Of a stretch of DNA of 64,000 bases, positions 53,963 to 63,133 are shown one piece after another. The stretch is taken from the NCBI GenBank assembly GCA_021787205.1, contig JAJYME010000004.1:39063-103062 (forward strand). The letters run 5' to 3'. Source of the stretch: a bacterium (lineage in GTDB: Bacteria; Patescibacteriota; Minisyncoccia; UBA6257; Colwellbacteraceae). Numbering within the stretch: position 1 is the stretch's first letter; each line of letters opens with the position of its first letter. The notes below the pieces were generated by a model. It saw only the letters and a program-made list of their open reading frames with translations, did not search any database and was not told the DNA's origin. The position numbers were made by a program, and so were the translations under genes.

Positions 53963-56338
53963 ATGCGAAACATAATTTGGTTTAAAGATTTAGGGATTGA
54001 AGATGTTCCCGAAGTGGGAGGAAAGAACGCCTCGTTGGGCGAAATGTATAACGCTTTGACTTCAAAAGGCGTTAAATTGGCAAACGGTTTTGCCATTACT
54101 TCAGGAGCTTATAGGACTTTTTTGGAAGAGGCCGGACTTACCGACAAGATTGCCGCTGTTTTGAAAGATTTGAATACGAAAGACATCACAAATCTTCAAA
54201 CCAGGGGAAAGAAAGTAAGAAGTCTTATCTTGGGAGCTGAATTGCCAAAACGGCTGCAGGAGGAAATCGCCGAAGCTTACAAGAAGCTCTCGACGGATTT
54301 TAATAAGAAAAACGTAGATGTCGCCGTCCGATCTTCCGCTACCGCTGAAGACTTGCCGGGCGCCTCTTTTGCCGGGCAACAGGAAACTTACTTGAATATC
54401 AGCGGTGAAAAAGCCCTGATGGAGGCTGTTAAGAAATGTTTTGCATCGTTGTTCACCGACAGGGCAATCTCATATAGGGTCGATAATGGCTTCGACCATA
54501 TGAAAACCTACCTTTCTGTCGGCATCCAGAAAATGGTCCGTTCAGACAGGGCCTGCTCGGGAATTATGTTTACCATCGACCCGGAAACCGGATTCCGCAA
54601 CTCAGTCATCATTAATGCCTCATACGGACTTGGAGAAATGGTTGTCCAAGGAGCGGTCATTCCTGATGAGTTCAAGGTTTTTAAACCGACTCTTGAGAAG
54701 GGGCATAAAGCTATAATTTCCAAGGAGCTTGGCTCAAAAGACGTAATGATGATTTACGGAGAGAAGGGCGCGGCGACCAAGGTCTTAAAGACTCCAGTCC
54801 AAATGAGAGAAAAGTTCTCATTGACCGATGACGAGGCTATCACACTTGCAAAGTGGGGAGTGCTTGTCGAGGAGCATTACGGAAAACCGATGGATATGGA
54901 ATGGGCTAAGGATGGGGTTTCCAAGGAACTCTATATTGTCCAAGCGAGACCGGAAACCGTCCATTCGAGGGAGGATAAATCGGTCATCTCTGACTATGTC
55001 ATGACCAAAAATTCAGGAAAGATCTTGGCTAAGGGCGCATCCGTTGGCAGCAAGATAGCTTCTGGAAAGGCGAATATCATCAAGACGGTATCGGGAATAA
55101 AAGGCTTCAAAGCCGGGGAAGTCCTGGTGACCACCATGACCGATCCCGACTGGGAACCGATCATGAAGATTGCTTCAGCAATCGTGACGGACGAAGGCGG
55201 AAGAACCTCGCACGCGGCAATCGTTTCCCGAGAAATCGGAATCCCTTGCATCGTTGGTTGCGGTGACGCGACCAAGAAAATAAAGCAGGGAGAGGAGGTT
55301 ACCGTAGATTGTTCTACCGGAGGAGAAGGTTTCATCTGGAGCGGAAAGGGGGAATGGGAAGTAAAAACTTACAAGATTGACAATAAAGAAAGACCGAAGA
55401 CGAAGATCATGATGAACGTCGGAAATCCTGATGAGGCCTTTGAAAATTCATTCATCCCTAACGATGGAGTCGGATTGGCGAGAGAAGAATTCATCATTGC
55501 TTCCCATATCGGGATCCATCCCCAAGCATTGATTGACTTCAAGAAACTCAAGGATGCAAAGCTCAAGAAAGCCATAGAGGAGAAGACCGCCGGTTATGCC
55601 AATAAGACTGATTTCTATGTCGATAAGTTGGCGGAAGGAGTCGGACAGATTGCTGCGGCGTTTTATCCGAAACCGGTAATCCTTCGTTTTTCTGATTTTA
55701 AGACAAACGAATATGCGACTCTCTTGGGAGGGGCTGAATATGAGCCTAAAGAGGAAAACCCAATGATCGGATGGAGAGGAGCTTCCCGCTACTATGATCC
55801 TAGATATGAAGAAGCTTTCGGATTGGAGTGTGAAGCTGTCCATAAGGTCCGCGAGGATTTGGGGCTTACAAACTTGATCGTCATGGTGCCTTTCTGCCGA
55901 ACCGTCGAGGAGGGCAAGAAGGTGGTCAAGAAAATGGCAGAATACGGATTAAAGCAAGGCCAGAACGGACTTAAGGTTTATGCCATGTGCGAGATCCCTT
56001 CAAATGTCATCCTGGCAGAAGAATTCCTTGATGTCTTTGACGGAATGAGCATCGGATCAAATGATCTTACCCAGCTTACCTTGGGAATTGACAGGGATAA
56101 TGCCGATCTTGGCAAAATTGCCAACGAGAAAGATGAGGCAGTCAAGAAGCTTATCGCGTCAGTCATAAAGACAGCGAACAAGATGGACAAATACATCGGA
56201 ATCTGCGGACAAGCTCCGTCTGATTATGAGGATTTTGCCTTATTCTTGGTGAAAGAAGGAATCCAGAGCATGTCTTTGAATCCTGATACTGTCATGAAAA
56301 CAACCCAGGCTGTAAAAGAGCTTGAAGACAGAATGTAA
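53963..56338 (+). CDS. ppsA: Phosphoenolpyruvate synthase (PEP-utilising enzyme family)
   Basis: The N-terminus VGGKNASLGEMY, the phosphohistidine domain GGRTSHAAIVSREIGIPCIVG and a C-terminal PEP-binding TIM-barrel region are present. The ATG at 53906 is rejected because it lies upstream of the -10 element. Confidence 0.9.
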   Translation: MRNIIWFKDLGIEDVPEVGGKNASLGEMYNALTSKGVKLANGFAITSGAYRTFLEEAGLTDKIAAVLKDLNTKDITNLQTRGKKVRSLILGAELPKRLQEEIAEAYKKLSTDFNKKNVDVAVRSSATAEDLPGASFAGQQETYLNISGEKALMEAVKKCFASLFTDRAISYRVDNGFDHMKTYLSVGIQKMVRSDRACSGIMFTIDPETGFRNSVIINASYGLGEMVVQGAVIPDEFKVFKPTLEKGHKAIISKELGSKDVMMIYGEKGAATKVLKTPVQMREKFSLTDDEAITLAKWGVLVEEHYGKPMDMEWAKDGVSKELYIVQARPETVHSREDKSVISDYVMTKNSGKILAKGASVGSKIASGKANIIKTVSGIKGFKAGEVLVTTMTDPDWEPIMKIASAIVTDEGGRTSHAAIVSREIGIPCIVGCGDATKKIKQGEEVTVDCSTGGEGFIWSGKGEWEVKTYKIDNKERPKTKIMMNVGNPDEAFENSFIPNDGVGLAREEFIIASHIGIHPQALIDFKKLKDAKLKKAIEEKTAGYANKTDFYVDKLAEGVGQIAAAFYPKPVILRFSDFKTNEYATLLGGAEYEPKEENPMIGWRGASRYYDPRYEEAFGLECEAVHKVREDLGLTNLIVMVPFCRTVEEGKKVVKKMAEYGLKQGQNGLKVYAMCEIPSNVILAEEFLDVFDGMSIGSNDLTQLTLGIDRDNADLGKIANEKDEAVKKLIASVIKTANKMDKYIGICGQAPSDYEDFALFLVKEGIQSMSLNPDTVMKTTQAVKELEDRM

Positions 56339-56342
56339 TAAT

Positions 56343-56375
56343 AAAAGGACACCGATCGGTGTCCTTTTATTTTAT
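56343..56375 (+). terminator. Rho-independent terminator after ppsA
   Basis: AAAAGGACACCGA TCGGTGTCCTTTTATTTT. Confidence 0.65.
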
Positions 56376-56407
56376 TAGGATGCGATTTTTGTTATAATGA
56401 ACTACAT

Positions 56408-57631
56408 ATGTCCCGCATCCGCGCCTTCACCCTAATAGAACTTCTCATAGTCATCGCGATCATCGCGATCTTGGGCTCTGCCACGGTCCTGGTCTTAAAC
56501 CCCATAGAGCTCATGAAGCAAGGAAGGGACGGAACAAGGATAAATGATACGGAGAACATAGAGAAGTCCATAAAGATGACCCTCTTCAACAATCCTTCCC
56601 TCATAGACTCCCTGTCTCCCACCAACATCTATCTCTCATTGCCGACAGGCTCCTGTCCGACCAACCCTCCCTCAGGCTATTCCTATGTCTGCAACGCCAC
56701 TTCTGCCAACATGAACAAAGTTGACGGCACAGGCTGGATCCCCTTGAGTCTCCAGAACATGGCAACGCTTCCAGTCGACCCCAATGCAGGGAACAACAAC
56801 GATTATTACGCCTTCGTGGCAGATCCCGTGACCAAGACGTTCGTGATCACTTCCTTGTTGGAATCTGAGAAACAAACCAAGCTTACGGCCGCAAAAGACG
56901 GCGGAACGGATCCGGGGAGATTTGAGAAGGGAAACCCGACACTTTGGGCGAATGCTTCAGGATTGATGGGATATTGGCCTATGGATGAGGGCATGGGAAC
57001 TACGACTGCGGATTTGTCAGGGAATGGTAATACTGGAAATGTAAGTGGAGCATGGACAATAGGGAAAATTGTGGGCGGAGTGAATTTTGATGGTTCTAGC
57101 AGCAATAACGTGGATGTAGCAAATTCTACATCTTTAAGTTTTGGAACTGGAAGTTTTTCTGTATCAGGCTGGGCATTTTATAGGAGTTATATATATCCAA
57201 GATCAAGTTTTATAATAAAAAAATCAGCCCAATGTTATTCAGATGGAGCTGCTAACGCTGGTTTTGATATAGGTCATTCGTATCATCCGGATGGTGCGGA
57301 TATATGCTTGAGGGATGCTAATAATGCTGCAATAAGAACAACTTTGACGTTTAATTCAAATCAAACTCCGCCAAATTTACAAAACAAATGGTCTCATTAC
57401 GTATTTGTTTTTAATAGAACAACTGGAAGAGTGATTGCTTATATTGATGGGATCCGTCAGTCTAATGAAATTAACATATCATCGATAACGGGAAGTGTTA
57501 ACAATAACAATTCTCTTACAATGGGAACTTTATATGGTTGGCAGACGGATGGAGTCATGGATGATATTCGGGTTTATAATCGTGCTTTGACGGCTGATGA
57601 GGTTGTTTCAATGTATAATGCAAACAAATAA
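56408..57631 (+). CDS. Type IV pilin-like protein with a C-terminal LamG/concanavalin-A-like lectin domain
   Basis: The N-terminus MSRIRAFTLIELLIVIAIIAILG is the canonical prepilin N-methylation motif. The C-terminus LTMGTLYGWQTDGVMDDIRVYNRALTADEV is typical of LamG-like jelly-roll domains. TGTTATAAT lies upstream. Confidence 0.65.
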   Translation: MSRIRAFTLIELLIVIAIIAILGSATVLVLNPIELMKQGRDGTRINDTENIEKSIKMTLFNNPSLIDSLSPTNIYLSLPTGSCPTNPPSGYSYVCNATSANMNKVDGTGWIPLSLQNMATLPVDPNAGNNNDYYAFVADPVTKTFVITSLLESEKQTKLTAAKDGGTDPGRFEKGNPTLWANASGLMGYWPMDEGMGTTTADLSGNGNTGNVSGAWTIGKIVGGVNFDGSSSNNVDVANSTSLSFGTGSFSVSGWAFYRSYIYPRSSFIIKKSAQCYSDGAANAGFDIGHSYHPDGADICLRDANNAAIRTTLTFNSNQTPPNLQNKWSHYVFVFNRTTGRVIAYIDGIRQSNEINISSITGSVNNNNSLTMGTLYGWQTDGVMDDIRVYNRALTADEVVSMYNANK

Positions 57632-57657
57632 AAAACGCCAATAGGCGTTTTTTATTT
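57632..57657. terminator. Bidirectional terminator
   Basis: AAAAACGCC AATA GGCGTTTTTTATTT. Confidence 0.6.
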
Positions 57658-57660
57658 GAA

Positions 57661-58461
57661 TTACTTGATTTCGAAAGTAAGAGTCATCTGGGCAGTCACT
57701 TCCTGAGAACCGGCTTCCATCGAAGGGGAGGCCGCTCCGGTAGCGAATGCGGAATCCATTTTGGCGGTACGGTAGTTAGTAAGAGGATAATAACCGCTTG
57801 AATCTTCATTAACGGCAATGATCTTGCCAACTTTTATTCCGGCAGCCTTGGCAATCGCTTCAGCCTTGTCTTTCGCTTTTTGGATGGCCAATTCTCTAGC
57901 TTTGGCTTTTACGGCTTCGGGTTCATCGATATCAAAATTGGGTCCCGACAAATCATTAGCGCCTTTAGCAACGACACCTGACATCAGATCACTGATCTTG
58001 GTAAAATCGCGGACTTTGATTTCCACGGTATTGCGGACGGTATAACCGACGAGTCTCTGGCTGGGGCAGACGGTATCGACGGAAGTGTAGATGCATTTGG
58101 GATACTCATATCTCGGCTCGATGGAATAGTTGGTGGTTTTTATATCAGCTTCGGCCACGCCGCTTTCTTTGACGAAAGAAATGACAGCATTGGTCTTATC
58201 GGCGTTTTTGGACTGGGTATCAGCCAAGGCGGTGGCGCTGCCTTCCGTAAAGACAGAGACGGAGAATTTGGCGATATCCGGCTTGGTCTCGACCTTGCCT
58301 TCCCCTTGGACGGAGAATGTCTTGTACTGTGACGGAGAGATTGAGCTGGAATATGTCTTGGCAGCTGAAATGATGCCATATGAGGCAACCACGATGCCGG
58401 CGACGATCGCGATTCTTACAACATTCTTAATGCGATCTTCGGTGAATACTTTTTTAAGCAT
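57661..58461 (-). CDS. SIMPL/DUF541-family secreted protein
   Basis: The start is set at the internal ATG, giving MLKKVF... plus a signal anchor. The body (EGKVETKPDIAKFSVSVFTEG...ADTQSKNADKTNAVISFVKESGV...IKTTNYSIEPRY) matches DUF541 repeats. Confidence 0.6.
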   Translation of the reverse strand: MLKKVFTEDRIKNVVRIAIVAGIVVASYGIISAAKTYSSSISPSQYKTFSVQGEGKVETKPDIAKFSVSVFTEGSATALADTQSKNADKTNAVISFVKESGVAEADIKTTNYSIEPRYEYPKCIYTSVDTVCPSQRLVGYTVRNTVEIKVRDFTKISDLMSGVVAKGANDLSGPNFDIDEPEAVKAKARELAIQKAKDKAEAIAKAAGIKVGKIIAVNEDSSGYYPLTNYRTAKMDSAFATGAASPSMEAGSQEVTAQMTLTFEIK

Positions 58462-58551
58462 GATATCATTATAAGGTCTTATTCGCTTTTTTGAAAGTTC
58501 TGGCCGTATCATGATATTTTTATTTTCTGAAAAATGGTAAGATATAACCAT

Positions 58552-59568
58552 ATGAAAATCGCATTTTTTGAAATTACGCCGGATGATAGAAGATACTTCG
58601 AGGAAGGATTGAGAGGCGGCGATCTTATTTTCACGGAAGATAAATTAGACAAAGATCATTTGCCGCAAGGGGAATTGGCAGAAGCGGAGGTGATTTCAGT
58701 GTTTACAAAGTCTAAGATTGATAAGGAGACAATGGCGGCTTTTCCAAACTTGAAACTGATTGCAACGAGGACGACCGGATATGACCATATCGATTTGGAA
58801 GCGGCGGCGGCAAGAGGGATAACCATCTCCAATGTTCCCAGTTATGGGGAGAATACGGTAGCCGAATTCACCTTCGGTCTTATCCTTTCCGTTTCCAGAA
58901 AGATATTCAAGGCCTATGACCAGATAAAGGAAACCGGTTCTTTTTCACTGGAGGGGCTACAGGGGTTTGACCTGCTCGGGAAGACGATAGGAGTCGTCGG
59001 AACAGGCAGGATCGGGAAAAACGTAATCAAAATAGCCAACGGCTTCGGAATGAAAGTCATCGCTTATGATATGTACCCCTCAGAGCAGCTAACCAAGGAT
59101 TTTGGTGTCCAGTATGTTTCTTTCAACGAGCTTCTGGGGAAAGCGGATATCATCACTTTCCATGTCCCTGATTTGCCGGAAACGAGACATATGATCAATA
59201 TGGAAAATATTGATTTGATAAAGCGGGGAGCGATCCTGATCAATACCGCCAGAGGACCGGTCGTGGAAACGGAAGCTCTGGTCAAAGCCTTGAATTCAGG
59301 AATCTTAGGCGGAGCCGGATTAGATGTCTTGGAGGAAGAGGTGGCGACAAAAGACGAAGTCGAGTTCCTGATTCACGGGAGAGAGGATGGGCACAACCTC
59401 AAGACCATTCTTGAGAACCACTTGCTTATCGATATGGAGAATGTGATCATCACTCCTCATAACGCCTTTAATTCCAAAGAGGCTCTGCGAAGGATCTTGG
59501 AGACCTCGGCGGACAACATCAAAAAATTCATCGAAGGGAATCCGGCAAACATAATAAAATCAAAATGA
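58552..59568 (+). CDS. D-isomer-specific 2-hydroxyacid dehydrogenase (D-lactate/phosphoglycerate dehydrogenase family)
   Basis: The NAD-binding motif GVVGTGRIGKNV and the catalytic region ...R...E...H are present. Confidence 0.8.
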   Translation: MKIAFFEITPDDRRYFEEGLRGGDLIFTEDKLDKDHLPQGELAEAEVISVFTKSKIDKETMAAFPNLKLIATRTTGYDHIDLEAAAARGITISNVPSYGENTVAEFTFGLILSVSRKIFKAYDQIKETGSFSLEGLQGFDLLGKTIGVVGTGRIGKNVIKIANGFGMKVIAYDMYPSEQLTKDFGVQYVSFNELLGKADIITFHVPDLPETRHMINMENIDLIKRGAILINTARGPVVETEALVKALNSGILGGAGLDVLEEEVATKDEVEFLIHGREDGHNLKTILENHLLIDMENVIITPHNAFNSKEALRRILETSADNIKKFIEGNPANIIKSK

Positions 59569-59981
59569 GAACTTTAGGCGTCCTCATAACGATAGTCTTT
59601 GGAATAGTCTTAGGGAAAATCTTAGCAATGCTCGTAGTGGGCATACCGGTGATGATGTTAGCGATAAAGTTCAGATCATTAATTGATGTCTTCTACTGGC
59701 TTGAAGCGATACTGTCCGCCTTTTTCATTTACAGCGGAGTGAGGTTGGGAATAAAAATCAGCTCCGGAAAGGACTTTCGAGTAAACAAGACCCTCGCTTT
59801 GGCTTGGGTAACGGTGATAGCCTCCGGAGTAATCATAATGACAATCGTTACCCAGATCGTAATCTCGAAATCAATGAGTTGGAGTTATATTTTGGCTAAC
59901 GGGCTGTCTTTCTTGCTAGCTGGAATCTATGGCGTAAAACATCAGCTAAAGAATATTGAAAATAAAGAGTATTACATATAG
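59565..59981 (+). CDS. Hypothetical membrane protein (4 TM)
   Basis: A hydrophobic ORF that overlaps the upstream stop by ATGA. Confidence 0.45.
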   Translation: MRTLGVLITIVFGIVLGKILAMLVVGIPVMMLAIKFRSLIDVFYWLEAILSAFFIYSGVRLGIKISSGKDFRVNKTLALAWVTVIASGVIIMTIVTQIVISKSMSWSYILANGLSFLLAGIYGVKHQLKNIENKEYYI

Positions 59982-59991
59982 AATAGATATC

Positions 59992-60201
59992 ATGGGAATG
60001 TTTGACCAAATCAAGGCTGCCCAGAACATGATGAAAAACATGTCTCCTGAGCAAATCAAGGAGATGATGGAACAGGCGAAGGAAAGCCAAAAAATGCTTG
60101 AAGATATGATCCAAAAATCAGTCGAAAAAGCGATCAAGGAACGTGATTTAATTTCTCGCGCGGATGCTGAGAAAATGATTGAAAAGAAAATCGGGAAATA
60201 A
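59992..60201 (+). CDS. Small helical hypothetical protein (E/K/M-rich)
   Basis: It is an ORF only; a terminator hairpin overlaps the stop (60191-60215). Confidence 0.35.
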   Translation: MGMFDQIKAAQNMMKNMSPEQIKEMMEQAKESQKMLEDMIQKSVEKAIKERDLISRADAEKMIEKKIGK

Positions 60202-60255
60202 TCCCGGTTTTTTTATTTAATCCCGGTGGATTTTTACCCACTTCTCCTATATACT

Positions 60256-60972
60256 AAGAACTCAATGAAACTTCGCATCCAAAAATATTTATCCGAACAG
60301 GGAATATGCTCCCGCCGTGAAGCGGAGGATCTTATAAGAAGGGGACTTATCTCAGTAAACGGCCAGGTGGTAAGGGAGATGGGTGTCCAAATCGATCCGG
60401 AGACGGACAGGGTCGAGCTTCTCGACCGGGGTCGGGAGGTTATGACGGAAAAGACGACAATCGCTTTGCATAAACCAAGAGGCTTGGTTTGCTCTCGAGA
60501 TTCTTCTGAAGGGGAAACCATATTTGATGCGTATCCTCAATTTCTTCCCTTGAACATCGTCGGTCGTCTCGATAAGGACAGTGAAGGATTGATTCTCATT
60601 TCCAATGATGGCGCCATCACGAAAGCGGTGACGGGGGATAGACACGTGACCGAGAAAGAATATGAAGTGACCGTCAGGGAAGACATCCCTTCGAATATGA
60701 AGCGCCTTTTTGAGGCCGGCATCGAGTTGGAGGACGGACCTACCCTTCCAGCAAAAGTGAGGTTGATAAGCCCGCATACCTTTGTCATCGTTATTCGTGA
60801 AGGGAGAAAACATCAAATACGCAGGATGTGCGAGTTTATGCGACTGACCGTAACGAAGCTGAAAAGGATAAGGATAGCCCATATTTCCCTTTCTAACCTC
60901 AGAGCCGGGGAATATCGCGTCTTAACCAAAGAGGAGGTGGCGCCGCTCAGGGAGGCGGGAAAGACGGCCTAG
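60256..60972 (+). CDS. Pseudouridine synthase, RsuA/RluB family (S4 domain + catalytic domain)
   Basis: The S4 domain LRIQKYLSEQGICSRREAEDLIRRGLISVNG is followed by the catalytic-Asp motif VGRLDKDSEGLILISNDG. Confidence 0.8.
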   Translation, partial: KNSMKLRIQKYLSEQGICSRREAEDLIRRGLISVNGQVVREMGVQIDPETDRVELLDRGREVMTEKTTIALHKPRGLVCSRDSSEGETIFDAYPQFLPLNIVGRLDKDSEGLILISNDGAITKAVTGDRHVTEKEYEVTVREDIPSNMKRLFEAGIELEDGPTLPAKVRLISPHTFVIVIREGRKHQIRRMCEFMRLTVTKLKRIRIAHISLSNLRAGEYRVLTKEEVAPLREAGKTA

Positions 60973-60999
60973 CTAGCCCTCGACACCCTCTTGACAGCT

Positions 61000-61491
61000 T
61001 TTAGCCTTGGGAATAGAATTAAATCAGAACCTCGAAAAGTATGTTCGTGGTCAATCTTTTATACAAGGGAGGGATGCTATGAGCTCAGGACCTGAAGGCA
61101 AGCCCAAGAGGCTTTCACCGATCCGGGTCGTCCTTGATGCCATTCGCGGTGTCAAATTCGCTCCAGCTCCATTTCCGTCTACCTTTTTGAACATCCCGTT
61201 TTGTTCCGTTCCAGCGAGTCCCGTCGGCCGTTCCGGCTTCGGGTCCCATCTGGCCGCTCATACCCGAGCGGTTAGGCCCCCCTAGCGGAGCCGTAAAGCC
61301 CAAAGACGCTTTCGGCTTCTGTCGGACCGTCAGGCCCCCGTAACGGAGCCCAAAACCAAGCGGTTTCACCCCGAGTAACTACGCAGTGAAAGGGAGGCGC
61401 CGACGCAACAAGGTACCAACGATCGTCCCAGAAAAAAAGAACCACACAACCGGGGCCCATTCTCATTCGAATGGGCCCTTTTCCTTTTCTT
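61000..61491 (+). ncRNA. Candidate structured non-coding RNA (identity undetermined): a GC-rich segment ending in a strong intrinsic terminator
   Basis: Local GC is clearly higher than in the flanks. The overlapping ORFs have implausible G/P/R-rich translations. An internal repeated motif AGGCCCCC(C)UAGCGGAGCC / AGGCCCCCGUAACGGAGCC is present. The terminator is GGGCCCATTC TCATTC GAATGGGCCC TTTTCCTTTTCTT (61453-61491). Confidence 0.3.
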
Positions 61492-61495
61492 GGAA

Positions 61496-61524
61496 TTGAA
61501 AAAGGAATGAAAAATTGATAATAT
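61496..61524 (+). promoter_or_regulatory. Promoter TTGAAA-17-TAATAT for tRNA-Ala
   Basis: The hexamers are at 61496-61501 and 61519-61524; the tRNA 5' end lies 13 nt downstream of the -10. Confidence 0.5.
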
Positions 61525-61537
61525 GAAGATAAAAAAC

Positions 61538-61608
61538 GGGCTCGTAGTTAAACGGCAGAACGGTACATTCGCATTGTACAGATAGGGGTTCAATTCCCCT
61601 CGAGTCCA
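61538..61608 (+). tRNA. tRNA-Ala (anticodon CGC) with the G3-U70 identity pair; CCA not encoded
   Basis: GGGCTCG TA GTT AAACGGCAG AAC G GTACA TTCGCAT TGTAC AGAT AGGGG TTCAATT CCCCT CGAGTCC A. Confidence 0.85.
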
Positions 61609-61640
61609 CAAATTGAACCGCCGGAAGCCCGCAATATTTT
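61587..61640 (+). repeat. Direct repeat copy 1: the tRNA-Ala 3' 22 nt plus ~32 nt of downstream flank (copy 2 at 61696-61750)
   Basis: ggt(t)caattcccctcgagtccacaaattgaaccgccggaagccc(g/a)caatat appears twice, 109 bp apart, in the same orientation. Confidence 0.75.
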
Positions 61641-61695
61641 TTTCATTGGCGGGCTGAGGCGCGGCCCGAAGGAAATCCGCAGGATTTACCTGAGA

Positions 61696-61750
61696 GGTCA
61701 ATTCCCCTCGAGTCCACAAATTGAACCGCCGGAAGCCCACAATATATTTT
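61696..61750 (+). repeat. Direct repeat copy 2 (a partial tRNA-Ala 3' end that is not a complete tRNA)
   Basis: See copy 1. The upstream sequence gcgggctgaggcgcggcccgaaggaaatccgcaggatttacc does not fold as a tRNA 5' half. Confidence 0.75.
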
Positions 61751-61771
61751 TATTGACAAGAAGTTTGAAAA

Positions 61772-62152
61772 GTGGCAGACTGGAATCAGTCCAATAAAAA
61801 AAGTGAGGTGTTTTATGTGGAACCTAGAAAATCTAAGTTCGGAAAAGGAGAGATTCTTTCCAGAGGATTATTTGCTGACGAAAAAGACAGGTTGACATCA
61901 AGGAGTATCCAAGGGTTTTTCAATTCGACGATCACTATCGGAAGCACCGGAGTGATGACCGTCACGTTGTCCATCCTAGGACACAAGCTATTCGGGGAAC
62001 TGGTTGATTTTTGCAACCAGTGGGGTCTTGCAATAGACAAGGCCACGCTGTCCGGCGAACTTCTGATTGTTAAGATCGCCTTCGTCGCCGGCGTGACATT
62101 TACTCTCGTCGGAATAATGAATATTCTGACAAAAGCAGACAAGAATAACTAA
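61772..62152 (+). CDS. Hypothetical protein with a C-terminal hydrophobic segment; the start codon (GTG) is uncertain
   Basis: It is an ORF only; no family was recognised. The ORF-track start at 61772 is a GTG, not an ATG, and an alternative in-frame GTG at 61811 lies 3 nt after a GAGGTG SD-like sequence. Confidence 0.3.
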   Translation: MADWNQSNKKSEVFYVEPRKSKFGKGEILSRGLFADEKDRLTSRSIQGFFNSTITIGSTGVMTVTLSILGHKLFGELVDFCNQWGLAIDKATLSGELLIVKIAFVAGVTFTLVGIMNILTKADKNN

Positions 62153-62182
62153 CGCTCCTGATAACACATAAAGCACGAAAGA

Positions 62183-62212
62183 TCATCCCGCCTAAAAAGG
62201 CGGGATTTTTTA
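62183..62212 (+). terminator. Rho-independent terminator
   Basis: ATCCCGCC TAAAAA GGCGGGAT TTTTTAT. Confidence 0.6.
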
Positions 62213-62324
62213 TGGGATTAAAATTGACTCAGTTTGGTTTTTTATGCTATTACGATCTTACTTCCACTGAAGATATTCAGTGAAGAGAACCTATAAAATA
62301 ATATATATAAGGAGATGTGATTAA

Positions 62325-62978
62325 ATGGTAAAAATGACAGACGGAAGGAAACGCAAAGTAGGATCCTTGAAACTAGGTGTGTCAGTATTGGCTTTTGACG
62401 AGTTAGGCAGGGTGATATTCTCCGCTTTCAAGAAGTCCGCTTCTTCGGGGGAGATAAGAACAGCTGTCGGTTGGCGGGGTTTTAGCGCCAACTATCTTCC
62501 GGAAGAGGTCATAATACAATTAAGCGTCGGTCCGAATAAGAGCTGCAGAGTGGAGGGGATAATCGATGTTTCTTCTGACAACTCTCCATTTGGCACGGCT
62601 GATTTCTTGCATATCTTATCTTGCAGACACAAGAAACTTAACGCCATATTCAGGTCGGAAACGAAGCTGAACGACTGGTTCTTTGGGTCGGTTTTCGACC
62701 CAAAATCAAAAGGGGAGACCGAGCTGAAAGCAGTAGTAGGAAGCGGCTTTACAAGAACTAAGGCGAGGTTGGCGGAGCTCCCAGTCAAGACCGGTCGGAA
62801 GGGAGATGCTAAGGAGATCTTATCCAAATGGCATATAAACATTCCTTTTGTCCTTAGAAGGAGCCAATCGGCTTATATTCCTCATCTTGCAGATACCATT
62901 GCTTCTGGTGACTTAAGAAAAGAAGAGGATCGCCAGTTGTTTGGTAAAAATATCAATACCACGGTCATTTTCTCATAA
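62325..62978 (+). CDS. Hypothetical protein (217 aa)
   Basis: AAGGAG lies 8 nt upstream of the ATG; no family was recognised. Confidence 0.45.
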   Translation: MVKMTDGRKRKVGSLKLGVSVLAFDELGRVIFSAFKKSASSGEIRTAVGWRGFSANYLPEEVIIQLSVGPNKSCRVEGIIDVSSDNSPFGTADFLHILSCRHKKLNAIFRSETKLNDWFFGSVFDPKSKGETELKAVVGSGFTRTKARLAELPVKTGRKGDAKEILSKWHINIPFVLRRSQSAYIPHLADTIASGDLRKEEDRQLFGKNINTTVIFS

Positions 62979-62998
62979 ATTACAGAATCTCAAAAAAT

Positions 62999-63030
62999 AG
63001 AGCCGATTAAAAACCGGCTCTTTTATTTTT
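62999..63030 (+). terminator. Rho-independent terminator
   Basis: AGAGCCG ATTAAAAA CGGCTCT TTTATTTTT. Confidence 0.55.
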
Positions 63031-63041
63031 ATAAAACATCA

Positions 63042-63071
63042 TTGACAAAAACGAATCAAAATTGTATTGTG
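63042..63071 (+). promoter_or_regulatory. Promoter-like TTGACA-18-TATTGT
   Basis: cATTGACAAAAACGaatc shares ATTGACAAAAACG with the consensus promoter at 40826. Confidence 0.35.
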
Positions 63072-63133
63072 GGAGGAATCCGCGAAGCGGATCAATCAGA
63101 TCTCTTAAAAAAGAATAAAGGAGTTGGTTTATT

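Noticed and set aside
61007-61369. ORFs 61007-61285 (+) and 61115-61369 (-) in the GC-rich region
   Set aside because: Their translations are G/P/R/A-rich low-complexity sequence typical of reading through GC-rich structured RNA. There are no RBSs and they overlap each other.
61000-61491. Assignment of the GC-rich RNA candidate to RNase P RNA, tmRNA or SRP RNA
   Set aside because: I could not find the CR-I GGAAAGUCCGGGC or the ACAGAA/CCGGCUUA elements of RNase P, or a tRNA-like TpsiC/acceptor 3' end for tmRNA, or the SRP helix-8 AGCA plus GNRA signature. Identity is left open rather than asserted.
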